From: an uncultured Candidatus Binatia bacterium
Lineage (GTDB): Bacteria > Desulfobacterota > Binatia > Bin18
NCBI GenBank assembly: GCA_965200965.1
Contig: OZ241744.1
Coordinates: 3,360,001 to 3,424,000 of the forward strand
Direction: 5' to 3'
DNA length: 64,000 nucleotides
Under the pieces are notes generated by a model that had not been told where the DNA came from, searched no databases, and saw only the letters and a list, made by a program, of their open reading frames with translations. Positions 20,178 through 29,056 of the stretch are shown piece after piece. The position numbers and the translations under genes are program-made. The first letter of the stretch is position 1. Every line of letters starts with the position of its first letter.

Positions 20178-21347
20178 ATGGATATCCTGCACGCCATCGG
20201 GCCGGGCTCCTGGCTGTGGGCGCTTCTGCCCGTAGCTGTGACCGGCCTGCTCGATGCGGTCCAGCGCTACGCCCTGGGCCGGCTTCACCTGCGGCTCACC
20301 AAAACTGCGGCCCGGTGGGACGACGCGCTTGTCCAGGCGCTCCGCGGGCCGCTCAGCCTGCTGGTGTGGGTGGTCGGCCTGGGGCTGGCGCTTGAGCTGG
20401 GCTGGGGCCGGGCCGGTGTGGTGGAACTGATCGACCCGGTGCGGGTGGTCGGCATTGTCAGCGCCCTGACCTGGTTTGTGGTCCGGCTGATTGCCCTGCT
20501 GGAAATAGTGGTCATCGCTCAGGCCCAGCAGACCGGCGCACCCTGTGAGCGGGCCACGCTCGACGCGCTTGCCAAACTGCTGCGGGTGTCGGCGTGCGTG
20601 GCGGCCGGCCTGGTGACGCTTCAGACCCTCGGCTTCAGCGTGTCGGGGGTGCTGGCTTTTGGCGGTATCGGCGGCTTGGTGGTCGGCCTTGCGGCCAAAG
20701 ACCTGCTGGCCAACTTCTTCGGCGGCCTGATGATCTCCCTCGACCGGCCGTTTGCGGTCGGCGACTGGGTCCGCTCCCCCGACCGCGAGATTGAGGGCAC
20801 GGTTGAACGCCTCGGCTGGCGGCTGACCCTGATTCGGACCTTTGACAAACGCCCGCTGTATGTGCCAAACGCGGTCTTCTCCACGATTACCGTTGAAAAT
20901 CCGTCCCGGATGCACAACCGGCGCATCTACGAAACGGTCGGCATCCGCTACGAGGACGCCGACAAAATGGCCGCCATTGTGGCCGATGTCGAACACATGC
21001 TGCGCGCCCATCCAGCCATTGAACAGCGGGCGCTGACGATGGTCAATTTCACCACCCTTGCCCCGTCGTCGCTGGACTTCTTCGTCTATACCTTCACCCG
21101 CACGACCGACTGGGCCACCTTCCACTCGGTCAAGCAAGACGTGCTGTTGCGGATTATCGGCATTATTGAGCGCCACGGGGCCGAGGTTGCCTTTCCGACC
21201 TCAACCCTGCACCTGGCCGACGGCTTTGTACCCGCGCCGCACCATGCTGTGGCCGAATCGGTGGCCGAAGCTCGGGCCGGCGCGCTCTCCCCGAAGGACG
21301 AAACGTGTCCTCAGATCGACCGGAAGGCGACACGTTTCGGTCCTTGA
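20178..21347 (+). CDS. Small-conductance mechanosensitive channel, MscS family (YnaI-like)
   Basis: TM helices, GGIGGLVVGLAAKDLLANFFGG, DRPFAVGDW, VPNAVF, VAFPTST. Confidence 0.92.
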   Translation: MDILHAIGPGSWLWALLPVAVTGLLDAVQRYALGRLHLRLTKTAARWDDALVQALRGPLSLLVWVVGLGLALELGWGRAGVVELIDPVRVVGIVSALTWFVVRLIALLEIVVIAQAQQTGAPCERATLDALAKLLRVSACVAAGLVTLQTLGFSVSGVLAFGGIGGLVVGLAAKDLLANFFGGLMISLDRPFAVGDWVRSPDREIEGTVERLGWRLTLIRTFDKRPLYVPNAVFSTITVENPSRMHNRRIYETVGIRYEDADKMAAIVADVEHMLRAHPAIEQRALTMVNFTTLAPSSLDFFVYTFTRTTDWATFHSVKQDVLLRIIGIIERHGAEVAFPTSTLHLADGFVPAPHHAVAESVAEARAGALSPKDETCPQIDRKATRFGP

Positions 21348-21428
21348 AAACAGCCCGGCTTGCAGGGTGATCACGGAAACAGCCGGCCCGGCCCGCGCTG
21401 GGACCGACCGAACCAGAAAGGTGGGGCC

Positions 21429-21690
21429 ATGCCACACCTTCGCGTCATTGAGGACGACCTGTCTCGCCTTCCTCTCGACCGGATGAGACGAGTCGTCTTT
21501 GAGCCCTGGGCGTTCACCGAGCGCTATACCTTTTCTCCCGCGGTGCGTAAGGGCAAGCGATATCACCTTATCGCCCTTGCTTTGACCTTCGCCCTCGCGC
21601 TTCTAGCGCCGGGGCTGGCCCCCCCGGTGTTTGGGGATCATCTGCCAGCGGCTCAAATTTATGATCCCTTTGACCCCAACCAGCGCCCTG
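21429..21690 (+). pseudogene. Patchwork of gene fragments: RidA-like N-terminus joined to a signal-peptide-like fragment
   Basis: ERYTFSPAVRKG resembles RidA family N-termini, followed abruptly by RYHLIALALTFALALLAPG; collides with the opposite-strand pseudogene. Confidence 0.35.
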
Positions 21691-22234
21691 ATGATGACCC
21701 CTCGGGCGGCGCGGGCCAGCAGCACATCGTCCCGGGGGCCGGGGGTGATCGCATTCCCCCACCGGTCGGCCCGCAGGGCATGGAAGACGGCAACATCGGG
21801 TCGGATCGGCTGGGCCACTACTACCTGTCCGCCAGGATTGAACGGATTGTCCTGGACGGGCAGATCAGGGCGATAGGTCAGCAGATCGGAGTAGAGCAGA
21901 CCGCGCACAGCGATAAAGGGCACACCCATCGATCCAGCCTGGATCATGCTGTACAACGCCCCTCAAGTACTATCCTTCATGTTGAGCAAGCCCGCCCGCA
22001 CGGCGCGCTGAAAGTTGGGTGCCGGGCCGTAGGGGCCGAGGATTCAGGAGCAGGTTTCGTAGCTGTCCGCGAGTCCGTCGCCGGTCAGGGTTACAAGCCC
22101 AAGGCGGCCGACTTGGCGTTTGCCCGCGAGAAAGCCGTAGGGGCGTTGTTGAGCACGGCCGATGTCATGTCCAGCAGGGTCCCCGGCCGCACCCCGGCGG
22201 CCGCCTCGTCCAGAGACTGAAGTTTGATGCGCAT
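21603..22234 (-). pseudogene. Decayed CoA-transferase subunit A (glutaconate CoA-transferase-like)
   Basis: MRIKLQSLDEAAAGVRPG, LGPYGPAPNFQRAV, QAGSMGVPFIAVRGLLYSDL, RPDVAVFHALRADRWGN; one frameshift, two in-frame TGA, truncated C-terminus. Confidence 0.75.
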
Positions 22235-22541
22235 GCGAGGCGCACTACAGTAAAAGCCTCGGTCGCTGCAACGGTGAGATCGGAGGCAGGATTCCCCACA
22301 CATTTTGACAGGCCGTCCTTTCCCCTCGCCGGCTTTGCGGTCCGGGCGGGACTCTGCTATGAGGGGCGGGGTCTGTGATGGGGGCCGCTAAGGAGGCTGT
22401 AGCGGCGCGCTCTTCCCTGGGTTGGACAAACCGGACAACGGCGGGCTTGGGAGGTGTGTGGCTGGAGATCAGCTTGCCGGGCAGGGTCGCCGGCCAGCGC
22501 GTATGCGATGCAGTGAATGGATATACGGAGGAGGTGTGATT

Positions 22542-23660
22542 ATGCCATCGGCGATATCTGAACGGGCGTGGGCTGGCAAAAAGTATTGGGTGATATCCGC
22601 GGACTGTCATGTGCTGGAGCCGCCGGACCTGTGGGAGCGTCGGGTTGCGCCCAGGTTTCGTCACCGGCTCCCCCGCATGGAGATGGATGACAGGGGCCGC
22701 AAGACATTGATTGTTGAGGGTCAGCGCCCTACCCGGATTCGGGATTTCAGCCTGGAGGGCGACGACCTGGATCGGGCCAAGGGCGGCGGTTGGGAGGCGG
22801 CCAAGCGCCACGCTGATCTGGACCGGGACGGCATTGATGCGGAGGTCGTCTACCCTAACCGGGGTCTGCTGATGTGGGCCTCGCCCGACCCCGAACACCA
22901 GACCGAGATGTGCCGGGTGTGGAACGACTGGGCGATTGAGGTCTTTCCGCCGGCCCAGAAGCGCTCGCTGCCGGTGGCGGCGATTGCGCCCCAGAATGTG
23001 GAGACTGCGGTCAAGGAGGTTGAGCGGGTGGCCAGGCTCGGCTACCGGGTGGTTTTTCTGCCGGTCCAGGTGGCCGACCAGCCGTATAATCTGCCGCTGT
23101 ACGAGCCGCTGTGGGCGGCGGTGCAGGACGCCGGGCTGCCGGTGAGTTTTCATGTCGGAACAGGCAAGGACCCGCGCACGGCAAGCGGCAACGGCGGGGC
23201 GATCCTGAACTATGTGTGGCACGCGCTGTCCACCGCGATTGAGCCGGTGACGCAGCTGTGCGTGTCGGGCGTATTGCAGCGCTTTCCGGGACTGCGGTTT
23301 GCCACGGTTGAAGCCGGGATCGGCTGGCTGGCATGGACCCTGTGGGTCATGGATGAGGGCTATCAGAAACATCATTTCTGGGTTGCGCCCAAGCTGGAGA
23401 TGCTGCCGAGCGAGTATTTCCGCCGCCAGGGCTATGCTACTTTTCAGGATGACCCGGTCGGGCTGGAGACGCGCAAGTGGATCGGGGTTGAGAACCTGAT
23501 GTGGGGCGATGATTATCCGCACCACGAGGGGACGTGGCCGTGCTCTCGGGAGGTTATTGATCGCACAATGGGCGAGCTGACCGACGAGGAGCGCCGGCAG
23601 GTGTTGGGGCTGACCGCGGCTACGCTGTACGGGTTTGATCTGGACGAGGGACGGGGGTGA
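22542..23660 (+). CDS. Amidohydrolase family protein (Amidohydro_2)
   Basis: ISADCHVLEP, DGIDAEVVYP, VSFH, VEAGIGW, MWGDDYPHHEGTWP; GGAGGAGG RBS. Confidence 0.92.
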   Translation: MPSAISERAWAGKKYWVISADCHVLEPPDLWERRVAPRFRHRLPRMEMDDRGRKTLIVEGQRPTRIRDFSLEGDDLDRAKGGGWEAAKRHADLDRDGIDAEVVYPNRGLLMWASPDPEHQTEMCRVWNDWAIEVFPPAQKRSLPVAAIAPQNVETAVKEVERVARLGYRVVFLPVQVADQPYNLPLYEPLWAAVQDAGLPVSFHVGTGKDPRTASGNGGAILNYVWHALSTAIEPVTQLCVSGVLQRFPGLRFATVEAGIGWLAWTLWVMDEGYQKHHFWVAPKLEMLPSEYFRRQGYATFQDDPVGLETRKWIGVENLMWGDDYPHHEGTWPCSREVIDRTMGELTDEERRQVLGLTAATLYGFDLDEGRG

Positions 23661-23977
23661 CGATGGACCACCTGATTGTGGACTGGGGCGAAGCTGAGCT
23701 GGCCGAGGGGCGGCGCAAGCGCTGGATGGGCAGCTGGCTGGTCTCACACGAGGGCGAGGAGGGCGAGTATTTTTATGACGGCCCCGGCGGTCGGCAAACG
23801 CGGCACGCGGTGCCGACCGGGGCGATTGGCGTGCGCCTGCGCTGGTGGCCGAGCGCGGACACGGTGGCCATGAACCTGGAGTTTGGGCCGATGAGTCAGG
23901 TGGCCGACGATTATTTTTTTGAGGACAACGCAGGGCCGGCGGTTACGCTCCGCGCCCACGATCTGATTCGCGGCTGA
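23657..23977 (+). CDS. Hypothetical protein
   Basis: Translationally coupled (GTGA overlap) between amidohydrolase and MFS; no recognisable motif. Confidence 0.65.
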   Translation: MTMDHLIVDWGEAELAEGRRKRWMGSWLVSHEGEEGEYFYDGPGGRQTRHAVPTGAIGVRLRWWPSADTVAMNLEFGPMSQVADDYFFEDNAGPAVTLRAHDLIRG

Positions 23978-23989
23978 GGGGGGAACCGC

Positions 23990-25243
23990 ATGGCTTGGCC
24001 TGTGCGCTACAAACTCGTCGGTCTGCTGGCCACCGGCAGCATGATTAACTATGCCGACCGGGTGAACATCTCGGTGGCCGCGCCGGTGATGATGGCCGCC
24101 CTCGGCTGGGATGAGGCCCAGTTCGGGCTGATCTTTTCGGCCTTTCTGCTCGGCTACACCCTGCTCCAGATTCCCGGCGGGATTATCGCCGACCGCTGGA
24201 ATACGGTCTGGGTGGTGGCGATTGCGTGCTTTGGCTTCTCGCTGTTTACCGCCCTGACGCCGTTTGGAGCGCTGGCGTTTGGCCTGATGCTGGTCCTGCG
24301 GTTCAGTGTCGGCCTGCTGGAATCGGTCAGCTTTCCGGCCTATGCGGCGCTGAACGCGCGCTGGATTCCGCGCTATGAGTATGGCCGCGCCCAGAACATC
24401 AGCCTGTCGGGTTCGCACATCGGTCAAGCCCTGGCCTATCCGGTGACGACCTGGATTATTGCCACCTTTGCCTGGCCGGCGGTGTTTTATTTTAACGGCC
24501 TGCTGGGCGGGCTGTGGCTGATCGTGTGGCTGGCTTCGGTCACGAACACGCCGGCCGAGCATCCTCGCATTAGCCAGCAGGAGTTGCGGGAAATTGAAGA
24601 CAACCTGGCTCCGCGGCCTCAGACGACGGTCTCCCCGCTGCGTCTGCTCAGAAACCGTCACGTTCTGCTGCTCTCTCTGGCTTATATGTACATGGTGTAC
24701 GGGCTGTGGATGGTGATTCTGTGGTTGCCGACCTATCTGGTCCAGGCCCGTGGCTTTTCGCTGGAGGCAATGGGGGTGCTGGGCATCATTCCGACGGTGG
24801 CGGGTGCCTTGGGCCTCATCTCGGGCGGGACAATTTCGGACGTGTTGCTGCGGCGTGGCTGGAGTCCGCGGGTGGCCCGAGCTCAGGCCCCGGCCTTGTG
24901 CGCGTTTCTGGGCGTACCGAGTATCCTGGCCGCGGCGTTTGTGCCGTGGCCGATGGTGTCGGTCGGCTGTCTGGCCCTGTATATGTATTTTGCCAATCTG
25001 GGCAGCGGCGCGTGCTGGGCAGTGCCGGTCGAGCTGAATCCGAGGCAGATTGGAGCCATATCGGGGGTGATGAACGGGGCCGGCAATTTTGCCGGGATTT
25101 TTGGGCCGATGAGTGCCGGCTTTCTGGTGGCGGCAACGGGCAGCTGGGAGCTGCCGCTGGTGGCCATCGCCGTCATGCTGCTGGTAGCGACCCTGCTCTA
25201 CTATTTCCTGGTTGTGCCCGAGCCGATTGAGCTGTCAGGATGA
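23990..25243 (+). CDS. MFS transporter, anion:cation symporter family
   Basis: INYADRVNISVA, GYTLLQIPGG, ESVSFPA, about 12 TM segments. Confidence 0.92.
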   Translation: MAWPVRYKLVGLLATGSMINYADRVNISVAAPVMMAALGWDEAQFGLIFSAFLLGYTLLQIPGGIIADRWNTVWVVAIACFGFSLFTALTPFGALAFGLMLVLRFSVGLLESVSFPAYAALNARWIPRYEYGRAQNISLSGSHIGQALAYPVTTWIIATFAWPAVFYFNGLLGGLWLIVWLASVTNTPAEHPRISQQELREIEDNLAPRPQTTVSPLRLLRNRHVLLLSLAYMYMVYGLWMVILWLPTYLVQARGFSLEAMGVLGIIPTVAGALGLISGGTISDVLLRRGWSPRVARAQAPALCAFLGVPSILAAAFVPWPMVSVGCLALYMYFANLGSGACWAVPVELNPRQIGAISGVMNGAGNFAGIFGPMSAGFLVAATGSWELPLVAIAVMLLVATLLYYFLVVPEPIELSG

Positions 25244-25527
25244 ATGATCCTGACCCGTACAAAGACTTCACCGAGCGCCTGAAGCTGCTGAGCAGCAAGC
25301 GCCCGGATTTGATCACAACCACCCTTGGGAATATCTTCACCATGCGTCTCATTGGAAACAAGACGCATGGTGATATGGCGGAGATAGCAATTGCCGAGTT
25401 TATCAATCAATACATGTACGACTTCCGCTCAATTCACGTCGGGAAAGACCTGTACCGCGCCAAGTCAAAATCGATTGTTTTCTCACGCCCTTGTAGCCTC
25501 GGAGGCTGGCCACACAGCGGCGCTTGA
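25240..25527 (+). pseudogene. Truncated putative type II restriction endonuclease (5' part only)
   Basis: Lower-GC ORF with THGDMAEIAIAEF helix directly upstream of a DNA methyltransferase; sequence character changes after LYRAKSK; too short for a full REase. Confidence 0.5.
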
Positions 25528-25577
25528 GAAAGTCGAGGACAATATTACGCTGCTAAAGCGGGAACAATAATGAAGAC

Positions 25578-26711
25578 ATGGCACACACACTTCCGCTCTT
25601 TGACGACCTCGTCCTTGACGCCCCATCTACGGAGGGGATCAAGTACGCTGGGTCTAAGCTGAAGCTCCTTCCGCACCTGCTGCAACTGGTCAAGAAAGTC
25701 GGAGCGGAGACGGTTCTGGACGGGTTTTCGGGAACAAGCAGGGTATCGCAGGCGCTTGCCAAATGTGGCTATCGAGTCGTGTGTAATGACATTGCTGTCT
25801 GGTCTGAAGTTTTTGGCACCTGTTATCTGCTTAACACCAAAGAACCGGAGGCGTATCAGCCGCTCATTGATCATCTCAACGCCGTCCCGCCGGTTGACGG
25901 GTGGTTCACCGAACACTATGGCGGGAACGCTAACGGAGGCTGTGCGATACAGCGCGATGGCCGTAAGACCCCTTGGCAGCTACACAATACCCGCAAACTG
26001 GACGCGATCCGGCAGGAAATTGAAGCGCTCGCTCTTGACTCTGTAGATAAAGCGGTGGCCCTGAGCAGCCTGATTTTGGCGCTTGATCGCGTAGATAGTA
26101 CCCTGGGACACTTTGTCTCGTATCTCAAAGACTGGTCTCCTCGCTCCTATAAGAAGCTGATACTCCAGGTCCCGAATGTCTTTGCGTCGGCGCACGAACA
26201 CCGGGTGTACCGGAGCGACATATTTGACCTGCTCCCTGGCGTTCCTGTCGATCTGGCCTATTTCGATCCTCCGTATGGATCAAACAATGAGAAAATGCCG
26301 CCGTCACGGGTCCGCTACGCCTCCTACTACCATATTTGGACAAGCGTCTGTCTCTTCGATAAGCCAGACCTCTTTGGTAAGGCTAATCGTCGCACGGATA
26401 CGTCGGATACAGTAGCGGCATCGGTGTTTGAGGAGTACCGACGAAACGCCGCAGGGCGTTTCATTGCCGTCGAGGCAATTGAGAGACTTCTCAAGGCGAC
26501 CCGGACACGCTGGATTATCCTGTCGTACAGCTCTGGGGGGCGGGCGACAGCTGAAGAACTGAACGAAGTTCTGCGCCGTAATGGGCTCCTCCGAGAGGTT
26601 GTTGAGATCGGCTACAGGAAGAACGTTATGTCTGGCATGAAGTGGACCAATGAATGGTTAAGAGATGCGGAGCAAGCAAATCGAGAGTTCTTGTTCCTGC
26701 TCGAAAAGTGA
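25578..26711 (+). CDS. N6-adenine DNA methyltransferase, D12/alpha class
   Basis: IKYAGSKLKL, motif I DGFSGT, motif IV YFDPPY, ILSYSS. Confidence 0.92.
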   Translation: MAHTLPLFDDLVLDAPSTEGIKYAGSKLKLLPHLLQLVKKVGAETVLDGFSGTSRVSQALAKCGYRVVCNDIAVWSEVFGTCYLLNTKEPEAYQPLIDHLNAVPPVDGWFTEHYGGNANGGCAIQRDGRKTPWQLHNTRKLDAIRQEIEALALDSVDKAVALSSLILALDRVDSTLGHFVSYLKDWSPRSYKKLILQVPNVFASAHEHRVYRSDIFDLLPGVPVDLAYFDPPYGSNNEKMPPSRVRYASYYHIWTSVCLFDKPDLFGKANRRTDTSDTVAASVFEEYRRNAAGRFIAVEAIERLLKATRTRWIILSYSSGGRATAEELNEVLRRNGLLREVVEIGYRKNVMSGMKWTNEWLRDAEQANREFLFLLEK

Positions 26712-26729
26712 TGAATAACCCCTCCTCAC

Positions 26730-26903
26730 TTACGCCTCTTTCCACACCGCCGAGACCAGCTCGGTGTCAAGATAGGCCGTGCCTTCGGTGACTTTGCCGC
26801 TGGCGAGCGCATGACCCGGCAATAGCTGTTGTGGTAGGATTTGCCGGAGTTCAATCTGTCCGCCGGCGACCCCAATGGAACTCTCAGACCACGTTTGCGC
26901 CAC
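26730..26903 (-). pseudogene. Chimeric remnant ORF (N-terminus shared with 30550 ORF; SnoaL/NTF2-like C-terminal fragment)
   Basis: GTG-AQTWSESSIGVAGGQ start with GGGAG RBS; ends GKVTEGTAYLDTELVSAVWKEA. Confidence 0.4.
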
Positions 26904-26990
26904 CGCATCTCCCTGTGTGCACTCCCCGTGGCTTAGCAAGGCCGCCTGCCGGAGTCAAGGAAAGCGCGGCCTGAGCCGGGGCAATTCTGC
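26856..26990. repeat. Diverged direct repeat, left copy, flanking the three-gene cassette
   Basis: 26856-26903 matches 30503-30550 at 43/48 nt (manual count); weaker similarity continues for about 80 bp. Confidence 0.8.
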
Positions 26991-27010
26991 TCGAGAGCGG
27001 AAAATCCGAG

Positions 27011-27979
27011 TCACATCAAGCAGAGCGCGATAGCGCTGCCGATAGCCAGCCCAATAATCACTGAAAAGACCAACGCTTTTACAATTGTCCGCCATCTCCA
27101 GTTGAAAAAAGTAAAAACAGACGGCCGCCATCTCCAGTTGAAAAAAGTGAAAACAGAGAGAATCAGGGCGAACAGAGAAAAAACAAGAGAAAAAACAGGT
27201 GTGAAAGCGTCCAATGTTCGGATGTCAGGCAGGCTAGTTTTGATGCCTGCCATATAGGGGAGCCCGATAGCTGCCATGAGGATCGCTAGTAGGCCGACTA
27301 CCAGCGAGGTAAACAGGTTAATTTTTTGGTATACTTCGTCCAGCTTGTCTTTTGTTTCACCAGGCCCGCTGCGGAAATCGTCAATTCCGAAGTCTTCTAT
27401 GACGAGACGTTTGGGGGGCCGTCGGTATCGCTCCCATTCCTCATCTCCCTTGCTGATATCAAAGTAAGTAGTCTTGACGAAATCGAGAACGGCGATAGCC
27501 TCGCCCTTTTCTATTGATACTTTTTTATTCGACAGATTGTAAATTGGACAAAACAGATGCCCTACATAGCCCGGGTCAACCTGCGGTCCGCCGACCCAAA
27601 CCAATCCTTTGTATGCCAAGGCAACTCGAATGTTCCAACGCCCGATGAGGAACCTGGGCAGATTGAGTGTCTCGGCAGTTTGTATGACCGCTACCTCAAA
27701 CGCGGGGATACTGAGCGAATTGTTTGGCCAGCAGTCGCTGAGATGATAAGGCTTACCACCTACCACTACCTCATCGCCCACAGTCAATTTATAGGAAGCG
27801 GGCTTAAGATTCTTCTTATTGAAGGGGTCAATTAGCTGACCCTGCCTTACATAGAACTCTATCTCGTCGCTGAGGAGGACACCAGTCTTCTCCGGGTGGG
27901 AGTCCTTTTCCAAGGGCTTGATCTCGGCTAGCCGATCGCATTCCTCCTGTTGCCTCTTTGTACTCATTGCCTTAACCAC
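27011..27979 (-). CDS. dCTP deaminase/dUTPase-fold domain fused to C-terminal transmembrane helices
   Basis: GVLLSDEI, LKPASYKLTVG, ETLNLP, VDPGYVGHL, IYNLS; three hydrophobic segments after a short coiled linker. Confidence 0.85.
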   Translation of the reverse strand: MVKAMSTKRQQEECDRLAEIKPLEKDSHPEKTGVLLSDEIEFYVRQGQLIDPFNKKNLKPASYKLTVGDEVVVGGKPYHLSDCWPNNSLSIPAFEVAVIQTAETLNLPRFLIGRWNIRVALAYKGLVWVGGPQVDPGYVGHLFCPIYNLSNKKVSIEKGEAIAVLDFVKTTYFDISKGDEEWERYRRPPKRLVIEDFGIDDFRSGPGETKDKLDEVYQKINLFTSLVVGLLAILMAAIGLPYMAGIKTSLPDIRTLDAFTPVFSLVFSLFALILSVFTFFNWRWRPSVFTFFNWRWRTIVKALVFSVIIGLAIGSAIALCLM

Positions 27980-29039
27980 GCCTGCGATGGCTTGAATTGC
28001 TCTGAGGGATGTTGCGCGAAGCTATGTCGCTATGGCCCGGCCCATAGCCAAGGAAATGGACCGGCATCCCGATCTGTTCTTCAACCTTCCGGAGAAACCG
28101 CTCTACGGTAAATGAATGCCGGCCGTTTTTCCCGAAAGCTGGATCGAGATAGTCGAGATGATTGAGGACAATCTCCGTTGGAGCGTTCACCTCTATAGCC
28201 GATCGTACAATATCGGGATCGAACTTTGCGACCCGGCGGACCTTTCCTGTAACGGTTGTATACTCTCGAACGCATTGACCGCCCCGGCCTTTCGTAATTT
28301 CGTCCCATGTCGTTTCGTTCGGGAGAGGGCCGGAAGACCCGGCAACACGAATAGGAAATGCGCGAATGACGAGGACGATCTGATCCACATCCAGAGGACT
28401 CAGGCCCGCCTCGGAGACGAAAGCCGCCGCGCTGGTATCGCGGCTGGTCGTGTACGGATAGTCTGGGGCATGGAGCACCGACAAGCCAAAGCCTTGGGTT
28501 CCCTCTATGACAATACGGGCACCTTTTTTGAGGGCCTCACGCATGAGTGCTGTCGTGTCGCCGAGAAACGCCGTCAGTCGCCGGTCGTCCGCTGCCAAAA
28601 TACTTCGTCCCGAGCGACGGGCGCGTTCTATGACCGCCGCACCTGTCCCGCTTCCCGTCGAACCTATCCGGCTCTGCAAGTCCCAGTCATGTTCTGTCTG
28701 CTTGTGGGCCTCGGAAATGACCACGGCACGCGGACTAATTCTCAGCCGACTCGCTTCCAGAGGGACATCTTCACGGACACGCTCAATTTCTTTGAGCAGG
28801 CGCGGGACGTCAATGTACGAGCCTGGACCGATGATAAGAGTTGGGTCCGGCAACAGACAGGCCGTTGGGAGGTGACGAAACACATGCCGCTTGTTTCTCT
28901 CATCTACGACGGTATGTCCGGAATTGGAGCCGCCAACCCGCACAACGACGGAGGCCTTTTGGGTTTTGGTAAGCCAGTGCGCGACTTTTCCCTTGCCCTC
29001 GGAGCCGAACTGCCCACCCACAACCACTGAAACCGGCAT
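27972..29039 (-). CDS. Adenylosuccinate synthetase homolog, short PurZ/PurZ0-like form
   Basis: GGQFGSEGKGK, GGSNSGHT, IGSTGSGTG, IEGTQG, YPYTTSRD, TTVTGKVRRV, NHLDY; 355 aa. Confidence 0.9.
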   Translation of the reverse strand: MPVSVVVGGQFGSEGKGKVAHWLTKTQKASVVVRVGGSNSGHTVVDERNKRHVFRHLPTACLLPDPTLIIGPGSYIDVPRLLKEIERVREDVPLEASRLRISPRAVVISEAHKQTEHDWDLQSRIGSTGSGTGAAVIERARRSGRSILAADDRRLTAFLGDTTALMREALKKGARIVIEGTQGFGLSVLHAPDYPYTTSRDTSAAAFVSEAGLSPLDVDQIVLVIRAFPIRVAGSSGPLPNETTWDEITKGRGGQCVREYTTVTGKVRRVAKFDPDIVRSAIEVNAPTEIVLNHLDYLDPAFGKNGRHSFTVERFLRKVEEQIGMPVHFLGYGPGHSDIASRNIPQSNSSHRRRG

Positions 29040-29056
29040 CAGTTTCCCCTATTCCG

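Noticed and set aside
21360-22220. 286-aa plus-strand ORF
   Set aside because: Mostly the antisense shadow of the CoA-transferase pseudogene.
27972-29039. Housekeeping purA or a Z-genome prophage
   Set aside because: Lacks the catalytic Asp of PurA; no phage structural, polymerase, datZ or mazZ genes in the window.
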